From an uncultured Bacilli bacterium (GTDB lineage Bacteria; Bacillota_I; Bacilli_A; RF39; UBA660), in contig CALVQH010000004.1 in the NCBI GenBank assembly GCA_944358115.1, positions 1 through 44,592 on the forward strand: a DNA stretch of 44,592 nt, in the 5' to 3' direction. Under the pieces are notes generated by a model. It ran no database searches, had not been told where the DNA came from, and saw only the letters and a list, made by a program, of their open reading frames with translations. This document shows positions 31,484-40,241 of this stretch, one piece after another. Positions within the stretch are counted from its first letter, which is position 1. Each line of letters opens with the position of its first letter. The position numbers were made by a program, and so were the translations under genes.

Positions 31484-33250
31484 ATGAGAAAGAATAAAAA
31501 ATTAATGATTTTGGTTGCTTGTTTAATTACTGTGATTGGGGTGTCTTTTGCTTATTTTGCAGCGACAACTATTTTTAGTGGGAATGGCGCTAGTGTGAGT
31601 GGTACAACTGCTGTTATTGGTGGTTCAGAATTAAGAGTAGAAGGTTCTTTAGCTTTTAATGATTTAAATATTTATCCAGGACATCAAAATGTATCTAGTA
31701 TCAAAGTAACGGCGATAGGTGAAAATGAATTAATCCCTTATAATGTGATATGGGAAGGAACCAATACTTTAAATACCCCTCTTAATTTTACTGTTTATAA
31801 AACAAGTAGTGAAGTAGATGTAAGTGCTAGTTGTAAGCAAACTAAAGGTGTTGTTGATGGAGCGCTCAGATATTATGAAGAATGTAGTATTAGTAATATT
31901 GATCAATTAGGTAGTATTGTTGCAAGTGGTACTATTAATACCAATCAAACTAAAGCAACATTAGTTGAAGATGAATTTATTACTTCTACAAATGATGGGA
32001 TTTCTGTTTATTATTATGTCGTTCTTGAATATCCTAATTTAGATGAAAATCAAAATAGTGATATTGGTGGCACCTTTAGTGGTGAAGTAACAGTTGAAGA
32101 AAGTGGAGCAACACCAGATATCAACATCATTGCTGCATATATTGAACAAGAAGATGGTAGTTATGAAGAGATTAGTGATATACCGCAAGGCGGGTATACA
32201 CTTAATACTGAAAAAAGTGTATGTAGTAATGGAGCGACACCTACTGGTAACACTCCAAATATTACAATCAATAATTTAAGCAAAAGTGGAACAAGTTGCT
32301 ATTTGTATTTTGATGAGTATAATCCATATGCTGCAAGAGATATATTGCTTTCTAATTATTCCACTTTGCTAACAAGAACAGATTTTAGTAATGTGATTAC
32401 AAATGCAGTTTCTGAAACGATTTATTATGCTGATACAACTAATGGTAGGACATATTATTTTGCAGGTAATCCTACAGATAATTGGGTTAAATTTGCAGGA
32501 TTTTGGTGGCGAATCATAAGAATTAATGAAGACGGAACAATTAGAATAATTTATCAAGGTACTTCAGCGAATACAATTGGGACTGGAACTCAAACAACTA
32601 CTAGCACATTTAATAGTTCGTCTAGTAATAATATGTATGTAGGATATATGTATAAAAATGGACAAGTATACGGATTGCAGGATAGTAGTATTATTAAAGA
32701 GGCACTTGATAGTTGGTATAACACTAATTTATTAAATATGACCGATAAAATTGATGGAAATGCAGGCTTTTGTGGAGATAGAATGCCAAGTACAAGTAGT
32801 GGTAATATTAATGGAAATGGCGGAATCGGAACTACAACAACATATTATGGAGGATACATCCGAATGATAACAAATAAAACTCCAAGTTTTGAATGTGCAA
32901 ATAATGAAGATTTGTATACAGCAAACGATAGCAATTTAGGAAATAAAGCTCTTATATATCCAATTGGACTTATTAGTGCAGACGAGATAACATTTGCTGG
33001 AGGAGTATATGGAATAAATAATAATGGTTATTATTTATATACAAATAGTAATTATTGGACGATGTCTCCGTCTATTTTTGGACCTAGTGGTTCTGCTGGG
33101 AATTTTTATGTAAATTCTGATGGCCAACTTGCAGATAATTGGGTTTATTTTACTTATGATGTACGTCCAGTAATTAATTTAAAGGCTGATGTCCAACTAA
33201 CTGGTTCTGGTACATCTACTGATCCTTATGTAGTTGTTGGTGCTGAATAA
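31484..33250 (+). CDS. Secreted protein with TasA/SipW-type signal and C-terminal VRPVINL domain, paralog 2
   Basis: GVSFAYF signal; DNWVKFAGFWWRIIRINEDGTIRIIY; GFCGDR; PIGLISADE; YDVRPVINL; GSGTSTDPY align with 24839-26626. Confidence 0.65.
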   Translation: MRKNKKLMILVACLITVIGVSFAYFAATTIFSGNGASVSGTTAVIGGSELRVEGSLAFNDLNIYPGHQNVSSIKVTAIGENELIPYNVIWEGTNTLNTPLNFTVYKTSSEVDVSASCKQTKGVVDGALRYYEECSISNIDQLGSIVASGTINTNQTKATLVEDEFITSTNDGISVYYYVVLEYPNLDENQNSDIGGTFSGEVTVEESGATPDINIIAAYIEQEDGSYEEISDIPQGGYTLNTEKSVCSNGATPTGNTPNITINNLSKSGTSCYLYFDEYNPYAARDILLSNYSTLLTRTDFSNVITNAVSETIYYADTTNGRTYYFAGNPTDNWVKFAGFWWRIIRINEDGTIRIIYQGTSANTIGTGTQTTTSTFNSSSSNNMYVGYMYKNGQVYGLQDSSIIKEALDSWYNTNLLNMTDKIDGNAGFCGDRMPSTSSGNINGNGGIGTTTTYYGGYIRMITNKTPSFECANNEDLYTANDSNLGNKALIYPIGLISADEITFAGGVYGINNNGYYLYTNSNYWTMSPSIFGPSGSAGNFYVNSDGQLADNWVYFTYDVRPVINLKADVQLTGSGTSTDPYVVVGAE

Positions 33251-33254
33251 TAAT

Positions 33255-33354
33255 CTTTGCCCATACAGCTGTACATATTATAATTCATTATTTCGACTAT
33301 ACAACAAATTTTTCTATTAATCGTTTTTGAAATTCCAATTATGTATGGGCAAAG
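33255..33354 (+). repeat. Post-stop inverted repeat shared with paralog 1
   Basis: Perfect 13-bp ctttgcccataca / tgtatgggcaaag enclosing 74 nt. Confidence 0.75.
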
Positions 33355-33361
33355 TTATAAG

Positions 33362-33388
33362 AGAAAGTGTCAAAACTTTCTTTTTTTT
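33362..33388 (+). terminator. Intrinsic terminator
   Basis: agaaagt/actttct stem plus T-run. Confidence 0.65.
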
Positions 33389-33442
33389 CTTTAGTAAAGA
33401 TGAGGGTTCGTGTTATAATAATGTATAGAAAGAGTTGATGAT

Positions 33443-34453
33443 ATGCCAAGTTTTAAATATTTAGTAAAAAGAGCGATGAATATGGATTATAAGAATATGT
33501 TTGACAAGATTAATCGTATTCATAAAAAAACTGGAAAAAGTAGAGTTGCTATATTTAATGATATGCGTAAGTGTGCTGTTAAATATGGGGCTGGTTATTC
33601 TGATTATGATTTATTTGAAATGTATAATTTAACTGATGAAGAGCGAGATACTTATATTACAAGGGGAAGAAATAATGATTTGATTAAAAAATATAATAAT
33701 CCGGAATATAATCATTTATTTCGTAATAAAACCGAGTTTAATACACTTTTTAAAGAGTTTATTAAAAGAGAGTTTATTGATGTAAATAGTAGTACTAAAG
33801 AAGAAGTAATAAAGTTTATGAAAGAGCATTCTATTTTTATGGCTAAGCCAGTAATAGGTACTTGTGGAAAAGGAATTGAGAAAATTGATACGAGTAAGTA
33901 TGAATCACTTGATCAAGTATATGATTATTTAACTCAGGAAGATATGAATTACGAGCTGGAAGAAGTGATCAAACAATGCAAGGAAGTATCTTCTATTTAT
34001 CCTGATTCCATTAATACGGTTAGAATTGTAACCATTGTTGATGATGCAGGCGTTCCTCATGTTATTTGTGCATATTTTCGGATTGGCAATGGTAAATATG
34101 TCGATAACTTTAATAGCGGAGGAATGGTTGCCCCTGTTAATGAAGAGACGGGCGAAGTATTAGATAAAGCAATTGATAAACAAAAGAATCTTTATGAACA
34201 TCATCCGGCAACAAATGCTCTTATTAAGGGGTTTGTATTTCCAGATTGGGAAAAAGCAATTGAAATGGTGAAAAAGGCAAGTTTAGTAGTTCCAGAGATG
34301 CGTTATATTGGCTGGGATGTTGCTTTTTCGACGAAAGGTCCTGTTTTAGTTGAGGGAAATGAGTATCCAGGACATGATATTTATCAACTTCCTGAACATA
34401 CACATGATCATTATGGAATTTGGCCAAAATTTACCAAGGCATTCAAAAAATAA
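33443..34453 (+). CDS. Sugar-transfer-associated ATP-grasp protein
   Basis: AKPVIGTCGKGI, SINTVRIVT, VDNFNSGG, IGWDVA...LVEGN.YPG. Confidence 0.85.
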   Translation: MPSFKYLVKRAMNMDYKNMFDKINRIHKKTGKSRVAIFNDMRKCAVKYGAGYSDYDLFEMYNLTDEERDTYITRGRNNDLIKKYNNPEYNHLFRNKTEFNTLFKEFIKREFIDVNSSTKEEVIKFMKEHSIFMAKPVIGTCGKGIEKIDTSKYESLDQVYDYLTQEDMNYELEEVIKQCKEVSSIYPDSINTVRIVTIVDDAGVPHVICAYFRIGNGKYVDNFNSGGMVAPVNEETGEVLDKAIDKQKNLYEHHPATNALIKGFVFPDWEKAIEMVKKASLVVPEMRYIGWDVAFSTKGPVLVEGNEYPGHDIYQLPEHTHDHYGIWPKFTKAFKK

Positions 34454-34550
34454 ATTCTACAATTTTTAATTATTTTTCTGTAAATATGGTAGACAAAAGA
34501 ACTTGAATTCATTATAATAATAAGAAAGTTTTTGGATGGGGAGTGAGATT

Positions 34551-36851
34551 ATGGAACAACTTTTACCAGTAATGCTTCTGAAAGGATTAATCTTACTTCC
34601 GAATCAAGAAGTTAAAATAGAACTTAGTAATGATCTTAGTAAAGAGATTATTAAATTATCAGCGAAAGAGTTTAATCGGCATGTTTTAGTGATTACACCT
34701 CATAATCAAATAGAGGAATCACCAGAAGTAAATGATTTACCAGAAGTTGGTGTTATTGGTAAAATTAAAAGTAAAATTGAGCTTCCAAGTGGCAATATAA
34801 GAATTACTTTAAAAGGAATGGAACGAGTAAAAATACTACATTTTCAAAATGATTCTCATAATGATGAAGTATTAGAAGCTACTTTTACTAGTATTGTGCT
34901 TCCGAAGTTTGATCCTGTTGAAGAGAAAGCTATTGTTAGAAAATTGAAGGAAATTGTTGAAGAATATGTGGCGAGCTCTTCCCATGTTTCAAATAGTATT
35001 ATGAATAATATTAAAGTGATTGATGACTTATCTATGCTTACGGATACGATTTGTTCTTTTATTCCTCTTGCTTTTCACAAAAAACTAGAGTATGTAGAAG
35101 AAATTAATCCCATGTATCGAGCTCGTAATTTATTAAAGGATATTAAAGTTGAATTAGAAGTTTTAAGATTAGATGAAAAAATAGAAAAAGAGTTAGAACA
35201 TAGTTTAGAAGAAAGTCAAAAAGAATTTATTTTACGAGAAAAAGTAAAGATTTTAGAACAAGAACTGGGAGAAAGTAAAAATGAAGTAGCAGATCTTTAT
35301 TTAGAGAAATTAGAAAAGTTAAATCTTTCTAAGAGTACGCATCAAAAACTTTTACAGGAAATTAAAAAGTTAGAATATACAAGTGATTTATCACCAGAAA
35401 ATGCGATGATTCGTAATTATTTAGAGTGGATCCTACATTTACCATGGCAAAGTGAAACATTTGAAAATAATAATTTAGATGATATACGAAAAAAACTTGA
35501 TGAAAATCATTATGGATTAGAAGAAATTAAATCTCGTATATTAGAGTATGTTGCTCTTAAGAATCATAATCCAGAAATTAAGAGTCCGATTATCTGTTTA
35601 GTTGGTCCTCCAGGTGTGGGAAAAACTAGTATTGCTAGACAAATTGCCTATGCTTTAAATCGTAAATTTTATAAAATTAGTGTAGGAGGACTCAATGATT
35701 CTTCTGAACTTACCGGGCATAGAAGAACTTATATGGGTTCTAATCCTGGTAAAATTATTCAAGGGCTTCGCAAATGTGGTAGTAAAAATCCGGTATTTTT
35801 GATTGATGAAATTGATAAATTAACGGTCAATGGGAAAGATGATCCGGCAAGTGTTTTACTTGATATCTTAGATAAAGAGCAAAATACCGAATTTATCGAT
35901 AATTATATTGAAGAAGCTTTTGATTTATCACATGTTTTCTTTATTTTAACGGCGAATGATGTCGAAAATATTCCTCTTGCGCTTAGAGACCGGTTAGAAA
36001 TTATTTATTTATCTAGTTATACCAATGAAGAAAAATTAGATATTGCTAAGAAATATTTGATTCCACGAATTTTAGAAGAAAATAAGATTAATAATAAAAT
36101 TATTTCAATTAGTGATGAGATGTTACTTTACTTTATTAGTGCTTATACTAAAGAAGCGGGAGTAAGAGATTTGTCTCGGCATTTAGAAAAATTAGTACGT
36201 AAATTAGTTTTACTAGGAAAAATAAGTGAAAGAACTAAAATTAGTAAAGTACGTTTAAAAGAATATTTAGGAATTCCTAAGTATGAAGTTAATGATTACA
36301 AAAGAAGTGAATTTGCAGGAAGAGTCAATGCTTTAGGAGTAAGTGGGGGAGCTGGCATGGTAATTCCTGTAGAAGCATCCGTTTATGAGGGTAAAGGCGA
36401 TTTTATTGTTACCGGAATGCTTGGTAAAGTCATGGAAGAATCAACGAAAATTGCCCTTAGCTATTTAAAAGCAAATCAAAAGAACTTTGGTTTACAAGAT
36501 TTTTACTTTAATATTAAAGATGTTCATCTTCATTTTTTGGAGGGGGCAATGAGGAAAGATGGACCGAGTGCGGGTGTTGCTATTACCACTAGTTTGCTTA
36601 GTCTTATATTAAATAAAAGAGTTGATAATAAAATCGCTTTTACGGGAGAAATTTCTTTAAATGGCGAGATCCTAAAAGTAGGTGGCATTAAAGAAAAAGT
36701 AATTGGGGCTTATAATTATGGAATTGATGTCGTTTATCTTCCAGCATCTAATGAACTTGATTTGGAAGAGATACCAAAAGAAATTAAAGAAAAAATGAAT
36801 ATTATTTTAGTTAAAAATTATCAAGAAATATATGAAAACTTGTTTTCTTAA
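34551..36851 (+). CDS. lon: Lon protease
   Basis: GPPGVGKTS, GHRRTYMG, DEIDK, KDGPSAG catalytic Ser, VGGIKEK; start 34551 or 34536. Confidence 0.97.
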   Translation: MEQLLPVMLLKGLILLPNQEVKIELSNDLSKEIIKLSAKEFNRHVLVITPHNQIEESPEVNDLPEVGVIGKIKSKIELPSGNIRITLKGMERVKILHFQNDSHNDEVLEATFTSIVLPKFDPVEEKAIVRKLKEIVEEYVASSSHVSNSIMNNIKVIDDLSMLTDTICSFIPLAFHKKLEYVEEINPMYRARNLLKDIKVELEVLRLDEKIEKELEHSLEESQKEFILREKVKILEQELGESKNEVADLYLEKLEKLNLSKSTHQKLLQEIKKLEYTSDLSPENAMIRNYLEWILHLPWQSETFENNNLDDIRKKLDENHYGLEEIKSRILEYVALKNHNPEIKSPIICLVGPPGVGKTSIARQIAYALNRKFYKISVGGLNDSSELTGHRRTYMGSNPGKIIQGLRKCGSKNPVFLIDEIDKLTVNGKDDPASVLLDILDKEQNTEFIDNYIEEAFDLSHVFFILTANDVENIPLALRDRLEIIYLSSYTNEEKLDIAKKYLIPRILEENKINNKIISISDEMLLYFISAYTKEAGVRDLSRHLEKLVRKLVLLGKISERTKISKVRLKEYLGIPKYEVNDYKRSEFAGRVNALGVSGGAGMVIPVEASVYEGKGDFIVTGMLGKVMEESTKIALSYLKANQKNFGLQDFYFNIKDVHLHFLEGAMRKDGPSAGVAITTSLLSLILNKRVDNKIAFTGEISLNGEILKVGGIKEKVIGAYNYGIDVVYLPASNELDLEEIPKEIKEKMNIILVKNYQEIYENLFS

Positions 36852-36888
36852 GTCAAGTTTTCATTTTTTTATGGTATAATATTTTTAG

Positions 36889-38256
36889 GTGATAAAGATG
36901 CAAATAAAGGATATTTTAGGAATTAGTAATGCTAGACTTTTAGTAGGTAATAAAGAAGATGCTTTAGGCCATGTTTGTAAAGATACCAGAGCTATGTTAC
37001 CTGGGGATACTTATATTGCTTTTCGAGGAGAAAAGTTTGATGGGAATGATTTTTATGAACAGGCTTTTTTAGGTGGGGCTAAAACTTGTATTTTATCACA
37101 TCTTGATAATATAGAAGAAGTAAGTCGTAAGTATGCTGATAAAAATATTATTTTAGTTGACGATACTGTTGATTTTATTATGAAAGCTGCTTCTAAAAAG
37201 CGTGATCTCATTCACGTTCCTCTTATTGCTGTTACGGGTAGTGTTGGTAAAACAAGTACTAAAAATTTAATTGCAAGGGTATTAGAGCAAAAATATAGGG
37301 TTTTAAAAACACAAGGAAATTTGAATACCAATATTGGCTTATCTTTGACTTTACTTAACTATCAAGAAGAAGATGTGATTGTTTTAGAAATGGGTATGAA
37401 TACATTTGGAGAAATTAGTGCCCTCACACGTATTGCTAGACCTACTATTGCTGTTATTACGAATATTGGTACCAGTCATATTGGTAATTTAGGAAGCAGA
37501 GAAAATATTTTAAAAGCAAAATTAGAAATATTAGAGGGATTAACTGGACCTATCCTTGTTAATAATGATAATGATTTATTACATGATTGGGTTTTAAAAG
37601 ATGAATATTCTCCGATTATTACTTTTGGAATTGATGAGAAAAGTGATTATCAAGCGAAAGATATTTTATATTCTACCCAGGGTTCTCGTTTTATGGTTGG
37701 AGATGAAGAATATCAAATTCCCGTTTATGGGAGTGCTTTTATTTATAATGCACTTGTGTCTTTGGCAATTGGTATGATGCTTGGAGTAGAAAAAAAAGAC
37801 ATTAAAGAAGCATTTACAGCAATTCCAAGTGAGGCACATCGAATGAATGTTATAAAAAAAGGGGATATTACTATTATTGATGATACTTATAATGCTAATT
37901 ATGATTCTATTGCCTTTGCTTTGGAAGTGTTAAGTAGTTTTTTAGGAAGAAAGATTGCCGTATTAGGTGATGTTTTAGAAATGGGAGACTTTAGTGAAGA
38001 AATTCACCGGAAAATTGGCAAATTAGTAGTTGATGATAAAATTGATTATTTAATTACCGTAGGCTCTGCTGCTTGTTATATTAATGAAGAGGCACTTAAT
38101 TGGGGCTTTGATGTTCATCATAGTTTTCATTTTGAATATAATGAAGGTGCAATTACATTATTAAGACAAATATTACAAAAGTATGATTATGTACTGGTAA
38201 AAGCTAGCCATAGTATGAATTTCACCCAAATTGTCGAAGGAATTGTGAATGAATAA
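36889..38256 (+). CDS. murF: UDP-MurNAc-tripeptide:D-Ala-D-Ala ligase
   Basis: DTR, TGSVGKTSTK, LEMGM, DDTYNAN, LGDVLEMG, LVKAS. Confidence 0.95.
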   Translation: MIKMQIKDILGISNARLLVGNKEDALGHVCKDTRAMLPGDTYIAFRGEKFDGNDFYEQAFLGGAKTCILSHLDNIEEVSRKYADKNIILVDDTVDFIMKAASKKRDLIHVPLIAVTGSVGKTSTKNLIARVLEQKYRVLKTQGNLNTNIGLSLTLLNYQEEDVIVLEMGMNTFGEISALTRIARPTIAVITNIGTSHIGNLGSRENILKAKLEILEGLTGPILVNNDNDLLHDWVLKDEYSPIITFGIDEKSDYQAKDILYSTQGSRFMVGDEEYQIPVYGSAFIYNALVSLAIGMMLGVEKKDIKEAFTAIPSEAHRMNVIKKGDITIIDDTYNANYDSIAFALEVLSSFLGRKIAVLGDVLEMGDFSEEIHRKIGKLVVDDKIDYLITVGSAACYINEEALNWGFDVHHSFHFEYNEGAITLLRQILQKYDYVLVKASHSMNFTQIVEGIVNE

Positions 38257-39271
38257 TTTAAGTACACTTCTTTTAGCGTGGTATCAAGAAAATAAAAGAG
38301 ATTTGCCATGGAGAAGGGATCAAGATCCTTATCATGTTTGGATCTCTGAAATTATGCTTCAGCAGACAAGAATTGAGGCAGTTATTCCTTATTATGAACG
38401 ATTTATGAAAAGAATTCCTTCTATCCATGATTTAGCAGTAATATCCGAAGATGAACTCTTAAAATTGTGGGAAGGACTTGGCTATTATAATCGAGCTCGT
38501 AATTTAAAAAAGGCTGCACAAATGATTGAAGAAGAATATCATGGCATTTTTCCTAATCATTACGATGATATTTTAAAACTTCCAGGAATTGGCGAATATA
38601 CAGCATCTGCGATTGCTTCTATTTGTTTTTCACTTGCTACACCAACTGTTGATGGTAATGTTATGCGCCTTTTTACGAGACTAAATGAAGATTCGCGTAA
38701 TGTTGATTTAGCAAGTACTAAGAAGCAAATTAGAGAAGAATTAATTCCTCTTATGCCAAAAGATACCGGATCGTTTAATGAAGCAATGATGGAGCTAGGA
38801 GAAGTCATTTGTATTCCTAATGGGGATGCTAGATGTGAGATTTGCCCTTTAAAAAGTATTTGTAAGTCATATAATCACCAATCATGGCAAAATTATCCGA
38901 TTCGTAGCGAAAAGAAAAAGCAAAAAGAATTATTTTATACAGTATTTTTATATTCTTATCAAGGCAAGTTTGCTATTTGTAAACGAGAAAAAGAACAACT
39001 TTTAAAAAATATGTGGCAATTTCCTAATGTTTTAGGAAAAATGACTTTAAAAGAAATTAGATTATATTTGGAAAAAGAACATATTGATTATCAAAGTATT
39101 CGTAAAAGTATTTCTCATACTCATGTATTTACTCATCAAATTTGGCATATGCAAGCATACCTTATTACTTTAAATAATCCAATTGATGGCTATCTTCTTG
39201 AAACAAAAGAAAATATGAAAGAAAAATATGCCATCCCTACTGCTTTTCAGCCATTTTTGTCGAAATTATAA
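38249..39271 (+). CDS. mutY: A/G-specific adenine glycosylase
   Basis: RDLPWR, SEIMLQQT, WEGLGYYNRARN, LPGIGEYTA, VDGNV, Cys cluster. Confidence 0.97.
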   Translation: MNNLSTLLLAWYQENKRDLPWRRDQDPYHVWISEIMLQQTRIEAVIPYYERFMKRIPSIHDLAVISEDELLKLWEGLGYYNRARNLKKAAQMIEEEYHGIFPNHYDDILKLPGIGEYTASAIASICFSLATPTVDGNVMRLFTRLNEDSRNVDLASTKKQIREELIPLMPKDTGSFNEAMMELGEVICIPNGDARCEICPLKSICKSYNHQSWQNYPIRSEKKKQKELFYTVFLYSYQGKFAICKREKEQLLKNMWQFPNVLGKMTLKEIRLYLEKEHIDYQSIRKSISHTHVFTHQIWHMQAYLITLNNPIDGYLLETKENMKEKYAIPTAFQPFLSKL

Positions 39272-39297
39272 AAAAATAAGCGTCGAATTTTGTCGAA
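39258..39297 (+). promoter_or_regulatory. Cluster of Spo0A-box-like heptamers
   Basis: TGTCGAA 39258, CGTCGAA 39281, TGTCGAA 39291; the last two also form part of the mutY terminator hairpin. Confidence 0.45.
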
Positions 39298-39341
39298 CGC
39301 TTTTTCTTGCTATTTTTAAAACTTCATATTAAAATAAAAGC

Positions 39342-39434
39342 GTAGTTCTGAAATGAAATCTACACACTCCTGCAAAGTAAAAAAATATTATTAAAAATTA
39401 GTTATTATTTAAAAATAATTTCAGAACTACTTTT
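39342..39434 (+). ncRNA. Candidate ~90 nt sRNA
   Basis: TTGCTA-17-TAAAAT promoter (39307-39335); perfect 13-bp terminal stem gtagttctgaaat/atttcagaactac then TTTT; internal acacactcct. Confidence 0.45.
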
Positions 39435-39435
39435 A

Positions 39436-39534
39436 TTAACTATAAATAGCATATGATATGACTGTTGCTGCAACAGAAGCAATCATGGCTATTAACATAC
39501 ACCATGCAAAAATTTTTCTAGCTCTTTTACTCAT
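39436..39534 (-). CDS. Unlisted 32-aa membrane miniprotein, Prli42/DUF4044-like
   Basis: GAGG RBS; MSKRARKIFAWCMLIAMIASVAATVISYAIYS; TTGAAA-17-TAAATT promoter upstream on minus strand. Confidence 0.75.
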   Translation of the reverse strand: MSKRARKIFAWCMLIAMIASVAATVISYAIYS

Positions 39535-39573
39535 AACAATCCTCATTTCTTTCTTTATTACTTATATAATTTA

Positions 39574-39602
39574 TCATATTTTTACGCTTTTTTCAATATA
39601 TT
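39574..39602 (+). promoter_or_regulatory. sigmaE-type sporulation promoter
   Basis: TCATATT-14 nt-AATATATT, the spacing and boxes of B. subtilis sigmaE promoters. Confidence 0.6.
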
Positions 39603-39617
39603 TTAGTGGTGAAGATA

Positions 39618-40196
39618 ATGAAACTGATTAGGACAAGCTTTCAATTTAGTAAAAAAGAGGGAAAAATTCTTGCTGTTTTTGTTTTATTAGGGGTTATCAT
39701 TGGCTTTTTGCTGTTTCAAAATATTGATTCTTCTGTTTTTATTTCGGAAATGGAAAATATTGAAGTTGGATTAGCAAATAATCATATTCATTTTCTATTT
39801 TTACATATGATTGTGCTTTCTATTCTTATTGCTAGTTCTCTCGCGGCAATTGGACTGGTTTTATTTCCTCTTTACTTTTTATGGGAAATTATCTGTATTA
39901 GTTATTCCGTTTTTACATTTGCTCACGTCTTTGGGCTTGCGGGATTTTTTTATGGACTTGTTTATAATCTAGTATTAAAAGCTGTTTTTTTGATTTGCTT
40001 GTTTTTGATTTTTCGAAATTTATTTTCGGTGATGAAAGAACGTTTCTTTAAAAGAAAAGAAAAAGAACAAGGAAGTTTTTTTCAAGGACGAGAAAAAGTG
40101 ATTTTTATTAGTGTTGCAGTTATCCTTTTGTATGATTTACTTCTTTATTTTGCGGGAAATCAAATTTTACTCAAACTGTGCTTTTTGCTCTCTTAA
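39618..40196 (+). CDS. Stage II sporulation protein M-like membrane protein
   Basis: ~5 TM helices, LLGVIIG near N-terminus, size, sigmaE-type promoter; weak sequence-level recognition. Confidence 0.55.
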   Translation: MKLIRTSFQFSKKEGKILAVFVLLGVIIGFLLFQNIDSSVFISEMENIEVGLANNHIHFLFLHMIVLSILIASSLAAIGLVLFPLYFLWEIICISYSVFTFAHVFGLAGFFYGLVYNLVLKAVFLICLFLIFRNLFSVMKERFFKRKEKEQGSFFQGREKVIFISVAVILLYDLLLYFAGNQILLKLCFLLS

Positions 40197-40241
40197 TTTA
40201 CTTCCTAGTGCTTTCATGGTATAATAATGACGTGATGTATT

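Noticed and set aside
24839..33354. Diversity-generating retroelement or integron cassettes
   Set aside because: No reverse transcriptase, template repeat or integrase in the window; stems lack clear RYYYAAC/GTTRRRY attC boxes
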